NCBI GenBank assembly: GCA_938038165.1
Contig: CALHRB010000339.1
Coordinates: 1-30,450 of the forward strand
DNA from: Candidatus Kapaibacterium sp.
GTDB lineage: Bacteria > Bacteroidota > Ignavibacteria > Kapaibacteriales > UBA2268
DNA length: 30,450 bases
Direction of reading: 5' to 3'
Part shown: positions 1-9,610 of the stretch, one piece after another
Numbering within the stretch: position 1 is the first letter of the stretch
How the letters are laid out: every line of letters begins with the position of its first letter
The notes under the pieces: generated by a model
The model's input: the letters and a program-made list of their open reading frames with translations, nothing else
Database searches by the model: none
What the model was told of the DNA's origin: nothing
Position numbers and translations under genes: made by a program

Positions 1-822
1 GCAATTATCGCACCTTTTTTAATTTTTGGTTTGGGTCCTTTTCCCAGAATGGAAATTTACGGAGCAGGTTTTGCGGCAGCTTTAGCTCAAAATTTAGGAT
101 TTTTGATTGCATTGTTTTTTATATTAAAAAAATACGCTCCTATTGAGCTTGAGCTAAAATCGTTCAAAATTGATATTACAATTTTCAAAAAGATATTAAA
201 AGTTGGCATTCCTGCAACTCTTCAATTGATTGCAGTCAGCGTTAACAGAATTATGCTTACCTATATTGCAAACATATTTGGAGTTACAGTCCTAACCACA
301 TATATGTTTGGTTTAGGGGTTGATTTGTTTGTGTTTATGTCAATCTTTGCGGTTGGTGCTGCTATAGAGATAATAACTGGACAGAATCTTGGAGCAAATC
401 AAATAGACAGGATTTTCAAGTATCACAAATCAGCAATCAAACAATTATCAGTTCTTATGATATTATTAATTATTCTTGTTTTTGTTGCAGGGGAGTATTT
501 CACAGCTTTTTTTATCAATGATCCAATTTTAATTAATGAAATTGTAATTTATTTGCGAATAACTGTCTTTACCTACATTCCATTTGCTGTTGGGATTGTC
601 TCGTTAAGAGTTATAAGCGGCTCAGGTGATTACAACAGAAGTTTAAGAATTGTACTATTTATTTTTTTCGGAGTGCAATTGCCGTTGTGCTTTGTTTTAT
701 CAATTTTTTCTCCGCTTAACTATTTAGGTATCTGGTATGGTATTTTGGTAAGTCAGATTGTCTTTGCACTTGTAAGCTTGAGAATCCTATATAAGAGAAA
801 ATGGATTGAGACAAAAGTTTAA
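1..822 (+). CDS. MATE family efflux transporter, C-terminal part (5' truncated by window edge)
   Basis: The frame is open from base 1 (AIIAPFLIFGLGPFPRMEIYGAGFA...). It carries MATE motifs FGLGPFP-x-M-x-I-x-GAG-x-A, ILKVGIPATLQ and GQNLGA, with multiple TM helices. Confidence 0.9.
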   Translation, partial: AIIAPFLIFGLGPFPRMEIYGAGFAAALAQNLGFLIALFFILKKYAPIELELKSFKIDITIFKKILKVGIPATLQLIAVSVNRIMLTYIANIFGVTVLTTYMFGLGVDLFVFMSIFAVGAAIEIITGQNLGANQIDRIFKYHKSAIKQLSVLMILLIILVFVAGEYFTAFFINDPILINEIVIYLRITVFTYIPFAVGIVSLRVISGSGDYNRSLRIVLFIFFGVQLPLCFVLSIFSPLNYLGIWYGILVSQIVFALVSLRILYKRKWIETKV

Positions 823-837
823 GAATGATTATTTTTG
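806..837 (+). promoter_or_regulatory. Possible Bacteroidota-type housekeeping promoter (-33/-7)
   Basis: TTG(806-808)-N21-TATTTTTG(830-837) lies upstream of the 865 CDS. The AT-rich context makes chance matches likely. Confidence 0.35.
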
Positions 838-864
838 TGTTGAATTATAAATCTTTAATTTTAA

Positions 865-2169
865 TTGATGAAAGAAGTAATATTTCATCGTTTGATTTCA
901 ATATCGTTTAAATCATTTAGCTTGATATTCGGGATAATTTTTTTTCTTGTTAATTCAAACCTAAAATCGGAATGGATTGATGTTTCCCCAAAATCATTAA
1001 ACCTGAAAGAGACAATTTACGACATTAGCTTCATTGATAGCGATACTTCCTACGCTGTTGGTTGGAGTTCGTCTCGCTCCATAATCTTAAAAACAACTGA
1101 CGGCGGAATGAACTGGAACCTAAAAGAATTTGTAGGGTTTTATTTATTTTCAGTTGAAGCCACTAATTCAAAAATTTTTGTTGTTGGATATTCAGCCAGA
1201 TGTATGTGTGGTGTTTTGTTTTATTCAACAGACCACGGTGAAAATTGGGATTTCTATGAATTTGATGGTGAAAACAAGCCTCTAACATACGGAGCAATGA
1301 AAATTAGAAAAGACCATAATGGTTTATATTTTGTAACCGGTTTTAATGGGTTTATTAATTATTCTGTTGATGATTGTGAAAGCTGGCTCTATTCTGATAC
1401 GGATAATAATACTGAAATTTTCAGAGACATCAAGTTTATTGATAACGACTATTATCTGGCTTTAACAGGTAAAAATTCGAGTGTTTCTGACAAAATCTAC
1501 ATTTCTAAAGATGCCGGCAGAAAATGGGAATTATTAGCTGATTTTTCAGAGCAGCAAATTTTAATTAGCGGAGTTCATTTCTTTAATCCAAAGGCAGGAT
1601 TTGTTTTTGGAATTAAAAATGCAAAGGAGTCAATATTGCAAACAACCGACGGTGGTAAAATTTGGACGGATGTCTTTGAAGGTGAAATTGGGAATATGTT
1701 CACCGATGGACTTTTCCTGGACAATAAAATTGGATTTGCGGCAAAGCGTAAGGGTATGATTTTGCAAACAACCGACGGTGGTAATAATTGGTTCCCGGTT
1801 CAGTTTAAATCAAATAATGATATCAGAGGATTCAGATTTTTTGCCGAGGGTGGGCTCCAGAATGTTTATGCATTTGGTAATAATGGAACAATCTTGAAGT
1901 TTTCCAAAGTTACGGCAGTGGAACAAACTTTAAAAGATGTTATTCTATCTCCAAATACTTCGGATTCTAATCTTAAGCTTGAATTAGATGAATCATTGAA
2001 GTTTATTAAAGCAGAAATTTTTAATTTACTCGGACAAAAAATAATGGAAATTACCGAGTCGAAAGAAAACAACTTTTTGAATATCGAAAACCTACCCAAA
2101 GGTTTATATTTACTTTTATTACACAGAACAAATGGTGGTTTAATTTCACTAAAATTTCAAAAAAAATAA
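865..2169 (+). CDS. Secreted YCF48/BNR (Asp-box) beta-propeller protein with T9SS type-A-like C-terminal domain
   Basis: N-terminal signal-like segment; six Asp-box motifs (KTTDGGMNW, YSTDHGENW, YSVDDCESW, SKDAGRKW, QTTDGGKIW, QTTDGGNNW); C-terminal SPN...IFNLLGQKI...LPKGLYLL..KFQKK. Confidence 0.8.
   Translation: MMKEVIFHRLISISFKSFSLIFGIIFFLVNSNLKSEWIDVSPKSLNLKETIYDISFIDSDTSYAVGWSSSRSIILKTTDGGMNWNLKEFVGFYLFSVEATNSKIFVVGYSARCMCGVLFYSTDHGENWDFYEFDGENKPLTYGAMKIRKDHNGLYFVTGFNGFINYSVDDCESWLYSDTDNNTEIFRDIKFIDNDYYLALTGKNSSVSDKIYISKDAGRKWELLADFSEQQILISGVHFFNPKAGFVFGIKNAKESILQTTDGGKIWTDVFEGEIGNMFTDGLFLDNKIGFAAKRKGMILQTTDGGNNWFPVQFKSNNDIRGFRFFAEGGLQNVYAFGNNGTILKFSKVTAVEQTLKDVILSPNTSDSNLKLELDESLKFIKAEIFNLLGQKIMEITESKENNFLNIENLPKGLYLLLLHRTNGGLISLKFQKK
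1636..1784 (+). repeat. Exact 23-nt direct repeat within Asp-box coding units
   Basis: TTGCAAACAACCGACGGTGGTAA occurs at 1636-1658 and 1762-1784, 126 nt (42 codons) apart. Confidence 0.85.
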
Positions 2170-2373
2170 AAAAAGTTAAAAAAATTTGAGACCTTTTTAC
2201 TTTTTATGTGTTTAATATAAATGAAACTAACAAATTATTAAAAAAGTTATTTGAAAATTGGGAGAATTAATCAGCAGAAAAAAAGCTCGATTTTTGTTGG
2301 CAATATTGAAAGAATTTAGTAAATTAAAATCTTGTTAACTTATTTGTTGTAAATATTAATTTTAAATCTATTT

Positions 2374-4065
2374 ATGGAAATCAGAGATAAGAAAATCTTG
2401 GTATTGGGTGGATGGGGGCTTGTAGGTTCAGCGATTTGCCATAAACTTATGGAGCATAATCCCACGGAAATTATCATTTCATCTTTACGAGAAAACGAAG
2501 CCAAAGAAGCAGTTGAAGCACTTCGCAAAGAGTATAGCGATAAAAATCCTGATATGTTTGTTCCTAAATGGGGCAACATTTTTACCCGCACTGAATTAAA
2601 AGATGCCAACTGGGCTGATGTTCTGGCTAACCGAGATTGGCGACAACTTGTTATTAGGGATATATACGATGAACTTGATGACGAAATTTTGAAAGGCTCA
2701 GCCATTTATAACTTGGTTACCGAAACAAAACCGGATATAGTTATTGATTGCATAAATACTGCCACAGCAATTGCTTATCAGGATGTTTATAACACAACCC
2801 GGACAGTTCGCAATGATTTGAAAAATAACAATCTAAACGAAGATTCAGTTGAGCGATTATTAGCAAGTATTTATATGCCACAACTTATAAGGCATGTCCA
2901 GCTTGTTTACAGGAGCCTTCTGGATAATAATGTTAGAATGTATTTGAAAATTGGAACAAGTGGAACTGGCGGAATGGGACTAAATATTCCTTATACCCAC
3001 AGCGAAGAAAGTCCATCAAGAGTCCTTCTGGCAAAATCGGGTGTAGCCGGCGCTCAAACTTTATTACTCTTCTTAATGGCACGAACTCCAAACGCTCCAT
3101 TAGTCAAAGAAATTAAACCAACTGCTGCTATTGCCTGGAAAAGAATTGCTTATGACAAAGTATATCGAAAGGGACAGCCAATAAGATTAGTTGATATGGA
3201 TATAAGCGATGCAAGACCAATATCGGAGCCATTTCGTAAAAATGATTTTAGGGGTGTTCAGGATTTAAACAAAGATTATGAATCTGTTTTTATTGATACG
3301 GGAGAAAATGGAATTTTTTCGAAAGGTGAATTTCAGGCTATCAGTTCCTTAGGCCAAATGGAAGTTGTTACCCCCGAAGATATTGCGGTTTATTCAATTT
3401 TTGAGATTCTTGGAGGTAACACTGGGCACGACGTAATTCAAGGTCTGGATAGCTTTACTCTGGGTCCAACTTACAGAGGTGGTATGCTTCACAACCAGGC
3501 TATAAAGAAACTTAATGAATTAGAGAAGAAACATAATAATCGCAGTATTGCCTTTGAAGCATTAGGACCACCAAGACTTTCAAAATTACTTTACGAGGCT
3601 CATATAATAAATCTGGTTGTTGGAAAAATAAAAAATATTAGAAATTTTTCATCTGAAAAGCTTTCTGATGAAGCTTTTGAGCAAGTCAGCAAAAATAGTG
3701 TTCTAAGAAGCGAGATGCTGTCAATTGGTCTTGGTATCCTTTTGCCCGACGGGAAAAAATATCTAAGAGGAAAAAATCTAATCGTTCCCAATATTGGAGA
3801 TGAAGAGTTTGCAGAAATAAATAAAGAATTATTGAATTATTGGTGCAAAAAAGGTTGGATTGACTTAAGACCAACAAATATGCAAGTTTGGATAGACAGA
3901 TTAAAAAATATTATCGAACAGGCTGAACAAATTTCTGCTGATGAGACAAGTTCCCGATTTACATATAATTTGGATTACTGGAACAATTTTGAAGATATTG
4001 ACGAAGGTAAAGTCGTCGGGTGGATATTTGAATTCGAAGACAAAGGCTGGAGATTTAAAAGATAG
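2374..4065 (+). CDS. Atypical extended-SDR / NAD(P)-binding Rossmann-fold protein, function unknown
   Basis: N-terminal KKILVLGGWGLVG (GxxGxxG), DIVIDCINTA strand, KIGTSGTGG motif, and VLLAK at the position of the SDR YxxxK motif; 563 aa. Confidence 0.65.
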   Translation: MEIRDKKILVLGGWGLVGSAICHKLMEHNPTEIIISSLRENEAKEAVEALRKEYSDKNPDMFVPKWGNIFTRTELKDANWADVLANRDWRQLVIRDIYDELDDEILKGSAIYNLVTETKPDIVIDCINTATAIAYQDVYNTTRTVRNDLKNNNLNEDSVERLLASIYMPQLIRHVQLVYRSLLDNNVRMYLKIGTSGTGGMGLNIPYTHSEESPSRVLLAKSGVAGAQTLLLFLMARTPNAPLVKEIKPTAAIAWKRIAYDKVYRKGQPIRLVDMDISDARPISEPFRKNDFRGVQDLNKDYESVFIDTGENGIFSKGEFQAISSLGQMEVVTPEDIAVYSIFEILGGNTGHDVIQGLDSFTLGPTYRGGMLHNQAIKKLNELEKKHNNRSIAFEALGPPRLSKLLYEAHIINLVVGKIKNIRNFSSEKLSDEAFEQVSKNSVLRSEMLSIGLGILLPDGKKYLRGKNLIVPNIGDEEFAEINKELLNYWCKKGWIDLRPTNMQVWIDRLKNIIEQAEQISADETSSRFTYNLDYWNNFEDIDEGKVVGWIFEFEDKGWRFKR

Positions 4066-4156
4066 AAAATTAAAATTAATTGAAATTAGACTATATAATT
4101 TATTTCTTTAATTAACAAATGTAAAATTAATTGTTTTTAACACACAAGGAGTGCTT

Positions 4157-7100
4157 ATGAAAAAGACATTACTACTTATTGCTGCACTTTGCGGATTGTT
4201 GTTCTATACAAGCACAACATTTGCAACTGATAGCAAACAAGTAGGCGACGAACTACAAAGAAGAAGTCTCCTCTTTGAAGTTCCGGGCTTCTATCAGGGA
4301 ACAAGCTATCCAATGCCATTTCAGGAAATTGGAAACCCTGTAAACCGACCCCCTGTCTCCACAGGTTACTATTTTGTTGACAGCGATGATGAAGCTCCAG
4401 ATTACTGGAGACCCATCCCAGAAATAGTGGATACAACAATCGAACCAAATCTGTGGCGAAGGATTTTGCCGGGTCCAAGACTTATCGACCCACAATACTG
4501 GATTGACAATCCACAAGAAGGACTCAGATTTTTCAGAAATCCAGCTTATCCAGCATCAGATGGGAATTTTTTCACTGGTCCAACTGACTCAACAGATGAT
4601 GCTATTGCTGGTCCTATTCCGATCGGGTTCAGCTTTATATTCAACGGTTTGAGATATGACAGCTTTTATGTATCCACAAATGGCTTGATAGCTTTGACCA
4701 ATAGAAGATATACCTATGATGCGACAGGTCAAAAAGCTATTTTACCCGGTGCAACTTCTTGCTATGATCCTATGAGTATGGATTGGTTCACACGAGGAAG
4801 AACAGGTGATGGATTAGCTGACAATACTCCAGATAATTGGGGCTATCAATTTTCAGTGTTAGCAAATTCGCCCAATTCACCAACAGCTGGTATCAGAACA
4901 AGAGGCGGTGCCCTCGATCAGGCAACATTTCAGACCTACAGGTCAGCATTGATTGCTCCATTCTTTGGTGATATGCATTTATCGCAGTTCAACCCTGACT
5001 TGAACCAAGCTGAAGATTTTGGTAAAGTTTACTTTAAAAGATCAAATTCAGCTGATAAACTGATTATTTACTTTATCAATATTGCACCACATAGAACTTT
5101 AGCTACTCCATTTGGGAACTATACAGGTCCAACCGATGCCCGACCCGGAATTCCACAATATATTTCCGGATCTGCTCAGGTGGTTTTAAACCGTAAAGAC
5201 AGTAGTGTTACTATTATTTACGAAACATTTCAAGGTGTTGCAGTTGTTAGTGGCAGAGGTGTCCCTGCAAATACAGTTTTCAGATATAACACTTCTGCAG
5301 GAGTGTTTGGATTTGCCAGACACGTCAATTATGGTCAGTCCACAGCACCTGTTTATCCATGGGCAGCTGAATACTATCAGTCAACACATTATTTTATGAA
5401 ATTTGCGAATCCTCAGGCAACATATCCTCATAACTATCTGGCAGTTAAATTCAAACAATGGAAGAATACAGTCAGAGTTGTTGACATTCAGTATCGTGTC
5501 AGAAAATCTGACCCCAATGCTGATCTTGATTTTACAGAACAAGTTCCATCCTCACAAGTTAATAACTATGAATTACTTGCTGGCGAAGAAAGAATTGGTG
5601 CAATTCAACCAGTTGCTTTAATTCAAAACTTGACAAATAATATTCAGGGTCCACAAGGTAAAAATTATCAACCACAGCAATTAAGGTTCAGAGCCCGATT
5701 CAGAATTATCAATGAAGCCTCCGGAAGAATCATTTATAACCGTTTGGTTCCTATTGATAGTACCTGCTTGGCTCTTCCAGACTCATTAGCTCAAGAATGT
5801 ACAGGAGATCCTTTCGTTAGAGTCAGATATGTTAATGTTACAAAATCAGGTTCTAACTATAGTGCCTCTCCATTAGCATTCCCGGGAACATCAAGATTTA
5901 ATGGTATTCCTCCTTATGGTTATGTACAGATATTATTCCCGCCATTCGAGGCAAATGAGTTCGTAGCCAATCAGATTGGTCGAATGAGGGCTTATATCAT
6001 AGCAGATCCAACAAACCCAATCACAAACGAAGGTCTGGGCGATGAATGGCCCTTTGACGATACAACTTTTGTCAGACTTTTCGTGATGAAGAGGCTGGAT
6101 GACTTTAGCGATGACGTAACATCATTCCATATTGTCAATAGAGTGCCAATGCCTTCAACTTTGAAATGGGTAAATATTAATGCAGAAGTACAGGCTGGAG
6201 ATGAGGTCTCGAAATATCCACTTCCTCCAAGAGGTGAATATGCTGCCACAAACAACAGAGACTTTACCTTCCTTGATCCAGATTTTTCGACATTTAAGTT
6301 GCAATCGCCTGTTATTAGGATGAACAGAGATCCGGAACCACCTCCAAACAGTGATGGTGGAGATGAATTGCGTTCATTCCCAATTAATTTAACTGGAAGA
6401 TACAAATCAGTATTGTCTCTGTCAGTGCAGCGTTCGCTTTATCAACCAGACTGGCCCCGTGGGTGGAGTGACCAACAGTTAATAGCTTGCGAGCCAAGAA
6501 CTGTCGTCAACGGTGATCCCTTTACAGTTTGGACCAACTATGGAGGATCGGCGGCTTCATTCCCTGATCAATTTGCAGTTGAATTAATGCAACCAAGTCC
6601 GAACGGAATTCAATACATAACAAATGTTGAAGACAAGCGATGGAGATATCATCCAAGGCGTGGCGGAGCTAAACCTGTAACTAATATGGCAGCTTATATT
6701 CTCTATGGAGCTGGAGGTGCAATGAGAGGCTTCCTAGAAGGAGATAAAGACTCTGCTTTATCACCACCAACTGCAGGTTTCCTGAATGGTTTGAGACCCG
6801 ATATCTATGATGATGGTATTGATTATGAATATAAGAAAATCTTTGTTCCAATTCCTGATACATTTATTTCAGCCGAAAAAGATGGAGCAAAGAATTTCAG
6901 ATTCAGACTTAAACTTTATTCAAGGAATCAAGGATTTGGTGGTAATAAAAAATGTATCTCTTGTATTCCTGATGACGATGATCCATTCTTCGTTGATAAC
7001 GTAAGAATTCTGTTCCCGTCAGAAATCACAGATCTTGAAATTTCTGTTGTTAAAGCACAATGGCCATATACTATCGCTCCGGCTTCACAAGCTGACAAGA

Positions 7101-8845
7101 TCCCAATCAGAGTAAAAATGAGCAATAATACAAGCGTTTATGCACCTTCATTCTTAGTAAAAGTTATGATTTATCGTAATGCCGGTGATCCCTATCCAAT
7201 CTATTGTCGTGTTCAACCTCTGCCTGGTCTTCCTCCCGGAACAGTTCTTGATTATGCTATGCCTGATTGGAACGCAAGAAAAACCGGACCTGGAAAATAT
7301 TTCATGCTCGCAAATATAATTGTTCCCGGTGGTGATATCGAACCATTGAACGATACTACATTCACATTCTTCGAGTTAAGATTCGGGGATGTATTTGCCT
7401 ATGATCCGGCACAAAGTCCAAGAAACGATGTTCCAGATAACTCCTTTACCGGTATTGCTGGACGTGGTTTGAACCTTTATGGTTTTGCCGCAGGTGGTAA
7501 TGGTTCGATTTATGGTCCATCCGGCGGTTATGATAACAACACTTTAGGTGCTGGCTATGTTGGTGGTAGCGGTTCAGGTCAAATTGCTGTTAAATTTACT
7601 TTAACAAGACCAGACACAATTAAAGGTTACAAGGCATACTTTGGTGAATTAAACCAAGCTGGTGATGATATCTCGTTCGAAATTTACACTGATCAGGGAC
7701 AACCCGGTTCGCCTGTCCCAGGAACGTTAATTTACAGACAACGTGGTTATGATGAAGATAGAAGAGAATTTTACTTTGCTGAATATGTCCAGTTTAATTT
7801 GCCAAGACCTGTTGTGCTAAATGCTGGAAGTTACTGGATGGCTATCGGTCAGATGGGTGAAACAGGTCTTGAGCTTGGTGCTTCCAAGTCAAGAGTCGGT
7901 ATGAGAACTACGAGTATTTACATTCCACCTCCAGTAACCGCCGTTGGTCCTGTTGGTGGTAGTGGTTACCATCTTGTCATTGAAAAAGATTTCAGAAGAA
8001 CTAACCCAAGTCAAAACTTAATTAATAATAACTTCTTCGCCTTTGAAAATACAAGAAAGAGTGGTCAGTGGATACAGTTTATGCCTACTATCGGTAACCC
8101 TGCTTATGCTCACTTGCATCACTATGGTATTTCACCTGCTGACAATTATACAGCGACGCTATCAAGAGGTACATGGATTCCAATGATTAGACCATATTTT
8201 GGAAACAGAACTCACAGCTCAAATCCCGAATACGAAATTTGCCCCGACATTCCTGTTGAACTTACCAGTTTTGATGGTCAGGTTAGAAGTGGTGGTATCG
8301 ACTTATTCTGGGAAACTGCTTCAGAGCATAATAACTATGGTTTTTATGTTGAAAGAAGAATCGGAACAAAAGAAGAAACTGATTGGAATTCAATTGGCTT
8401 TGTTAAAGGAGTCGGAAACTCAGCTGTAGTCAATAGATATAACTACCTCGATAAAGAAGTTGTTCCGTTTACTACTTATCAATATCGTTTAAGGCAGGTT
8501 GACAGAGACGGTATCGAAAATTGCGAAACCTTCTCCAAGATTATCACCTTGACCTATGACAATGTTGAAGAGCTGACATTAGCTCCTAACTCTCCCAATC
8601 CATTTACAACAAGTACTCAAATTACATTCAATCTGCCATCAGATGAAAATGTTAAACTTGAGATCCTTGATGTATTTGGAAATGTTGTTAAGACATTATT
8701 CAATGGTAATCTACCTGCAAAACAACATATTTATAACTGGGACGGAAGAAACGAAGCTGGTGCCTTTGTATCAAGTGGTACATATATTACAAGGCTTACA
8801 GCAGGTGATCAGGTTAAAACAAGCAAAATGACATTAGTAAGATAA
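4157..8845 (+). CDS. Large secreted surface protein (1562 aa): NIDO-like N-terminus, Ig/CARDB-like modules, PVELTSF linker, FlgD-Ig/T9SS-like C-terminal domain
   Basis: SD AAGGAG at 4146-4151 favours ATG 4157 over GTG 4151. Signal peptide MKKTLLLIAALCGLLF...TFA. Motifs IPIGFSFIFNGLRYDSFYVSTNGLI and LIAPFFGDM, PVELTSF near 8252, and PNSPNPF...YNWDGRNEAGAFVSSGTYITRL. Confidence 0.75.
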   Translation: MKKTLLLIAALCGLLFYTSTTFATDSKQVGDELQRRSLLFEVPGFYQGTSYPMPFQEIGNPVNRPPVSTGYYFVDSDDEAPDYWRPIPEIVDTTIEPNLWRRILPGPRLIDPQYWIDNPQEGLRFFRNPAYPASDGNFFTGPTDSTDDAIAGPIPIGFSFIFNGLRYDSFYVSTNGLIALTNRRYTYDATGQKAILPGATSCYDPMSMDWFTRGRTGDGLADNTPDNWGYQFSVLANSPNSPTAGIRTRGGALDQATFQTYRSALIAPFFGDMHLSQFNPDLNQAEDFGKVYFKRSNSADKLIIYFINIAPHRTLATPFGNYTGPTDARPGIPQYISGSAQVVLNRKDSSVTIIYETFQGVAVVSGRGVPANTVFRYNTSAGVFGFARHVNYGQSTAPVYPWAAEYYQSTHYFMKFANPQATYPHNYLAVKFKQWKNTVRVVDIQYRVRKSDPNADLDFTEQVPSSQVNNYELLAGEERIGAIQPVALIQNLTNNIQGPQGKNYQPQQLRFRARFRIINEASGRIIYNRLVPIDSTCLALPDSLAQECTGDPFVRVRYVNVTKSGSNYSASPLAFPGTSRFNGIPPYGYVQILFPPFEANEFVANQIGRMRAYIIADPTNPITNEGLGDEWPFDDTTFVRLFVMKRLDDFSDDVTSFHIVNRVPMPSTLKWVNINAEVQAGDEVSKYPLPPRGEYAATNNRDFTFLDPDFSTFKLQSPVIRMNRDPEPPPNSDGGDELRSFPINLTGRYKSVLSLSVQRSLYQPDWPRGWSDQQLIACEPRTVVNGDPFTVWTNYGGSAASFPDQFAVELMQPSPNGIQYITNVEDKRWRYHPRRGGAKPVTNMAAYILYGAGGAMRGFLEGDKDSALSPPTAGFLNGLRPDIYDDGIDYEYKKIFVPIPDTFISAEKDGAKNFRFRLKLYSRNQGFGGNKKCISCIPDDDDPFFVDNVRILFPSEITDLEISVVKAQWPYTIAPASQADKIPIRVKMSNNTSVYAPSFLVKVMIYRNAGDPYPIYCRVQPLPGLPPGTVLDYAMPDWNARKTGPGKYFMLANIIVPGGDIEPLNDTTFTFFELRFGDVFAYDPAQSPRNDVPDNSFTGIAGRGLNLYGFAAGGNGSIYGPSGGYDNNTLGAGYVGGSGSGQIAVKFTLTRPDTIKGYKAYFGELNQAGDDISFEIYTDQGQPGSPVPGTLIYRQRGYDEDRREFYFAEYVQFNLPRPVVLNAGSYWMAIGQMGETGLELGASKSRVGMRTTSIYIPPPVTAVGPVGGSGYHLVIEKDFRRTNPSQNLINNNFFAFENTRKSGQWIQFMPTIGNPAYAHLHHYGISPADNYTATLSRGTWIPMIRPYFGNRTHSSNPEYEICPDIPVELTSFDGQVRSGGIDLFWETASEHNNYGFYVERRIGTKEETDWNSIGFVKGVGNSAVVNRYNYLDKEVVPFTTYQYRLRQVDRDGIENCETFSKIITLTYDNVEELTLAPNSPNPFTTSTQITFNLPSDENVKLEILDVFGNVVKTLFNGNLPAKQHIYNWDGRNEAGAFVSSGTYITRLTAGDQVKTSKMTLVR

Positions 8846-8867
8846 AACTTACTGATAGACTAATAAT

Positions 8868-8905
8868 AAAGCCCTTCGCTCGTTTATGAGGAGGGGCTTT
8901 TTTTT
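8868..8905 (+). terminator. Rho-independent terminator after the large surface-protein gene
   Basis: AAAGCCCTTC-GCTC-GTTTAT-GAG-GAGGGGCTTT followed by a T-run, 23 nt after the stop codon. Confidence 0.8.
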
Positions 8906-8924
8906 ATTTGATTCTTTTGTTTTT

Positions 8925-9569
8925 ATGTTTACAGGTCTGATTGAAGAAGTTGGTGAAATTAATAACATAACTTCAATAGGTGGTGGTTATAAAATTTCAA
9001 TAAAAGCAAATCATATAATTGATGACTTAGCTGTAGATGATTCTGTCTCAATCAATGGTGCTTGTCAAACTGTTGTTCAGGTTAAAGGAAATATTTTCGA
9101 GGTCGAAGCGGTCGAGGAAACATTAAGAAAAACAACACTGGGAAATTTTAGGAGCGGTAAAAAAGTTAATCTTGAAAGAGCTCTTACATTAAACAAAAGG
9201 TTAGGTGGTCATCTTGTTCTTGGTCATGTTGATTGCGTAGGGACTGTTCAATCAATTCAACCCGAAAGAACTGGAGTCCTTATCAAAATAAAATATCCTC
9301 CAGAATTCAGCAGATATGTCATCAATTCTGGGTCAATTTGCTTGGATGGTGTTAGTCTCACAACCGCCCGGAATGGTAATGATTGGTTCCTGGTATCAAT
9401 TATTCCTCATACCTGGAACAAAACCACTCTTTATTCATTAAAAATAGGTGAAAAAGTCAATCTTGAGTTTGATGTGCTGGGTAAATATATTGAGAAACTT
9501 ATCCATAGCAATCAGATCTCTCAGCAAAAAAACGAAGATCTATGGAAGGAGTTTCTTTCAGATTACTAA
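8925..9569 (+). CDS. ribE: Riboflavin synthase (alpha chain; ribC in E. coli nomenclature)
   Basis: The diagnostic N-terminus MFTGLIEEVG starts at ATG 8925, with SVSINGACQTV, VNLERAL, RLGGHLVLGHVD, ICLDGVSLT and VNLEFDVLGKY. Confidence 0.97.
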   Translation: MFTGLIEEVGEINNITSIGGGYKISIKANHIIDDLAVDDSVSINGACQTVVQVKGNIFEVEAVEETLRKTTLGNFRSGKKVNLERALTLNKRLGGHLVLGHVDCVGTVQSIQPERTGVLIKIKYPPEFSRYVINSGSICLDGVSLTTARNGNDWFLVSIIPHTWNKTTLYSLKIGEKVNLEFDVLGKYIEKLIHSNQISQQKNEDLWKEFLSDY

Positions 9570-9610
9570 TTTTTTTATAAATTTTCTTCTTTATTTTTTT
9601 TACCTAATTA

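Noticed and set aside
2287-2303. Second sigma54 site (TTGGCAAT...) upstream of the SDR-like gene
   Set aside because: The -24 half matches but there is no TTGC at the required spacing.
4151-4156. GTG start at 4151
   Set aside because: It overlaps the SD (AAGGAG 4146-4151); ATG 4157 has proper spacing.
8846-8924. FMN riboswitch upstream of ribE
   Set aside because: The gap is only 79 nt and is occupied by a terminator; no RFN conserved motifs are visible.
8886-8924. Track start of ribE at 8886 (MRRGFFLF...)
   Set aside because: It lies inside the terminator hairpin. Riboflavin synthase requires the N-terminal MFTG, which starts at 8925.
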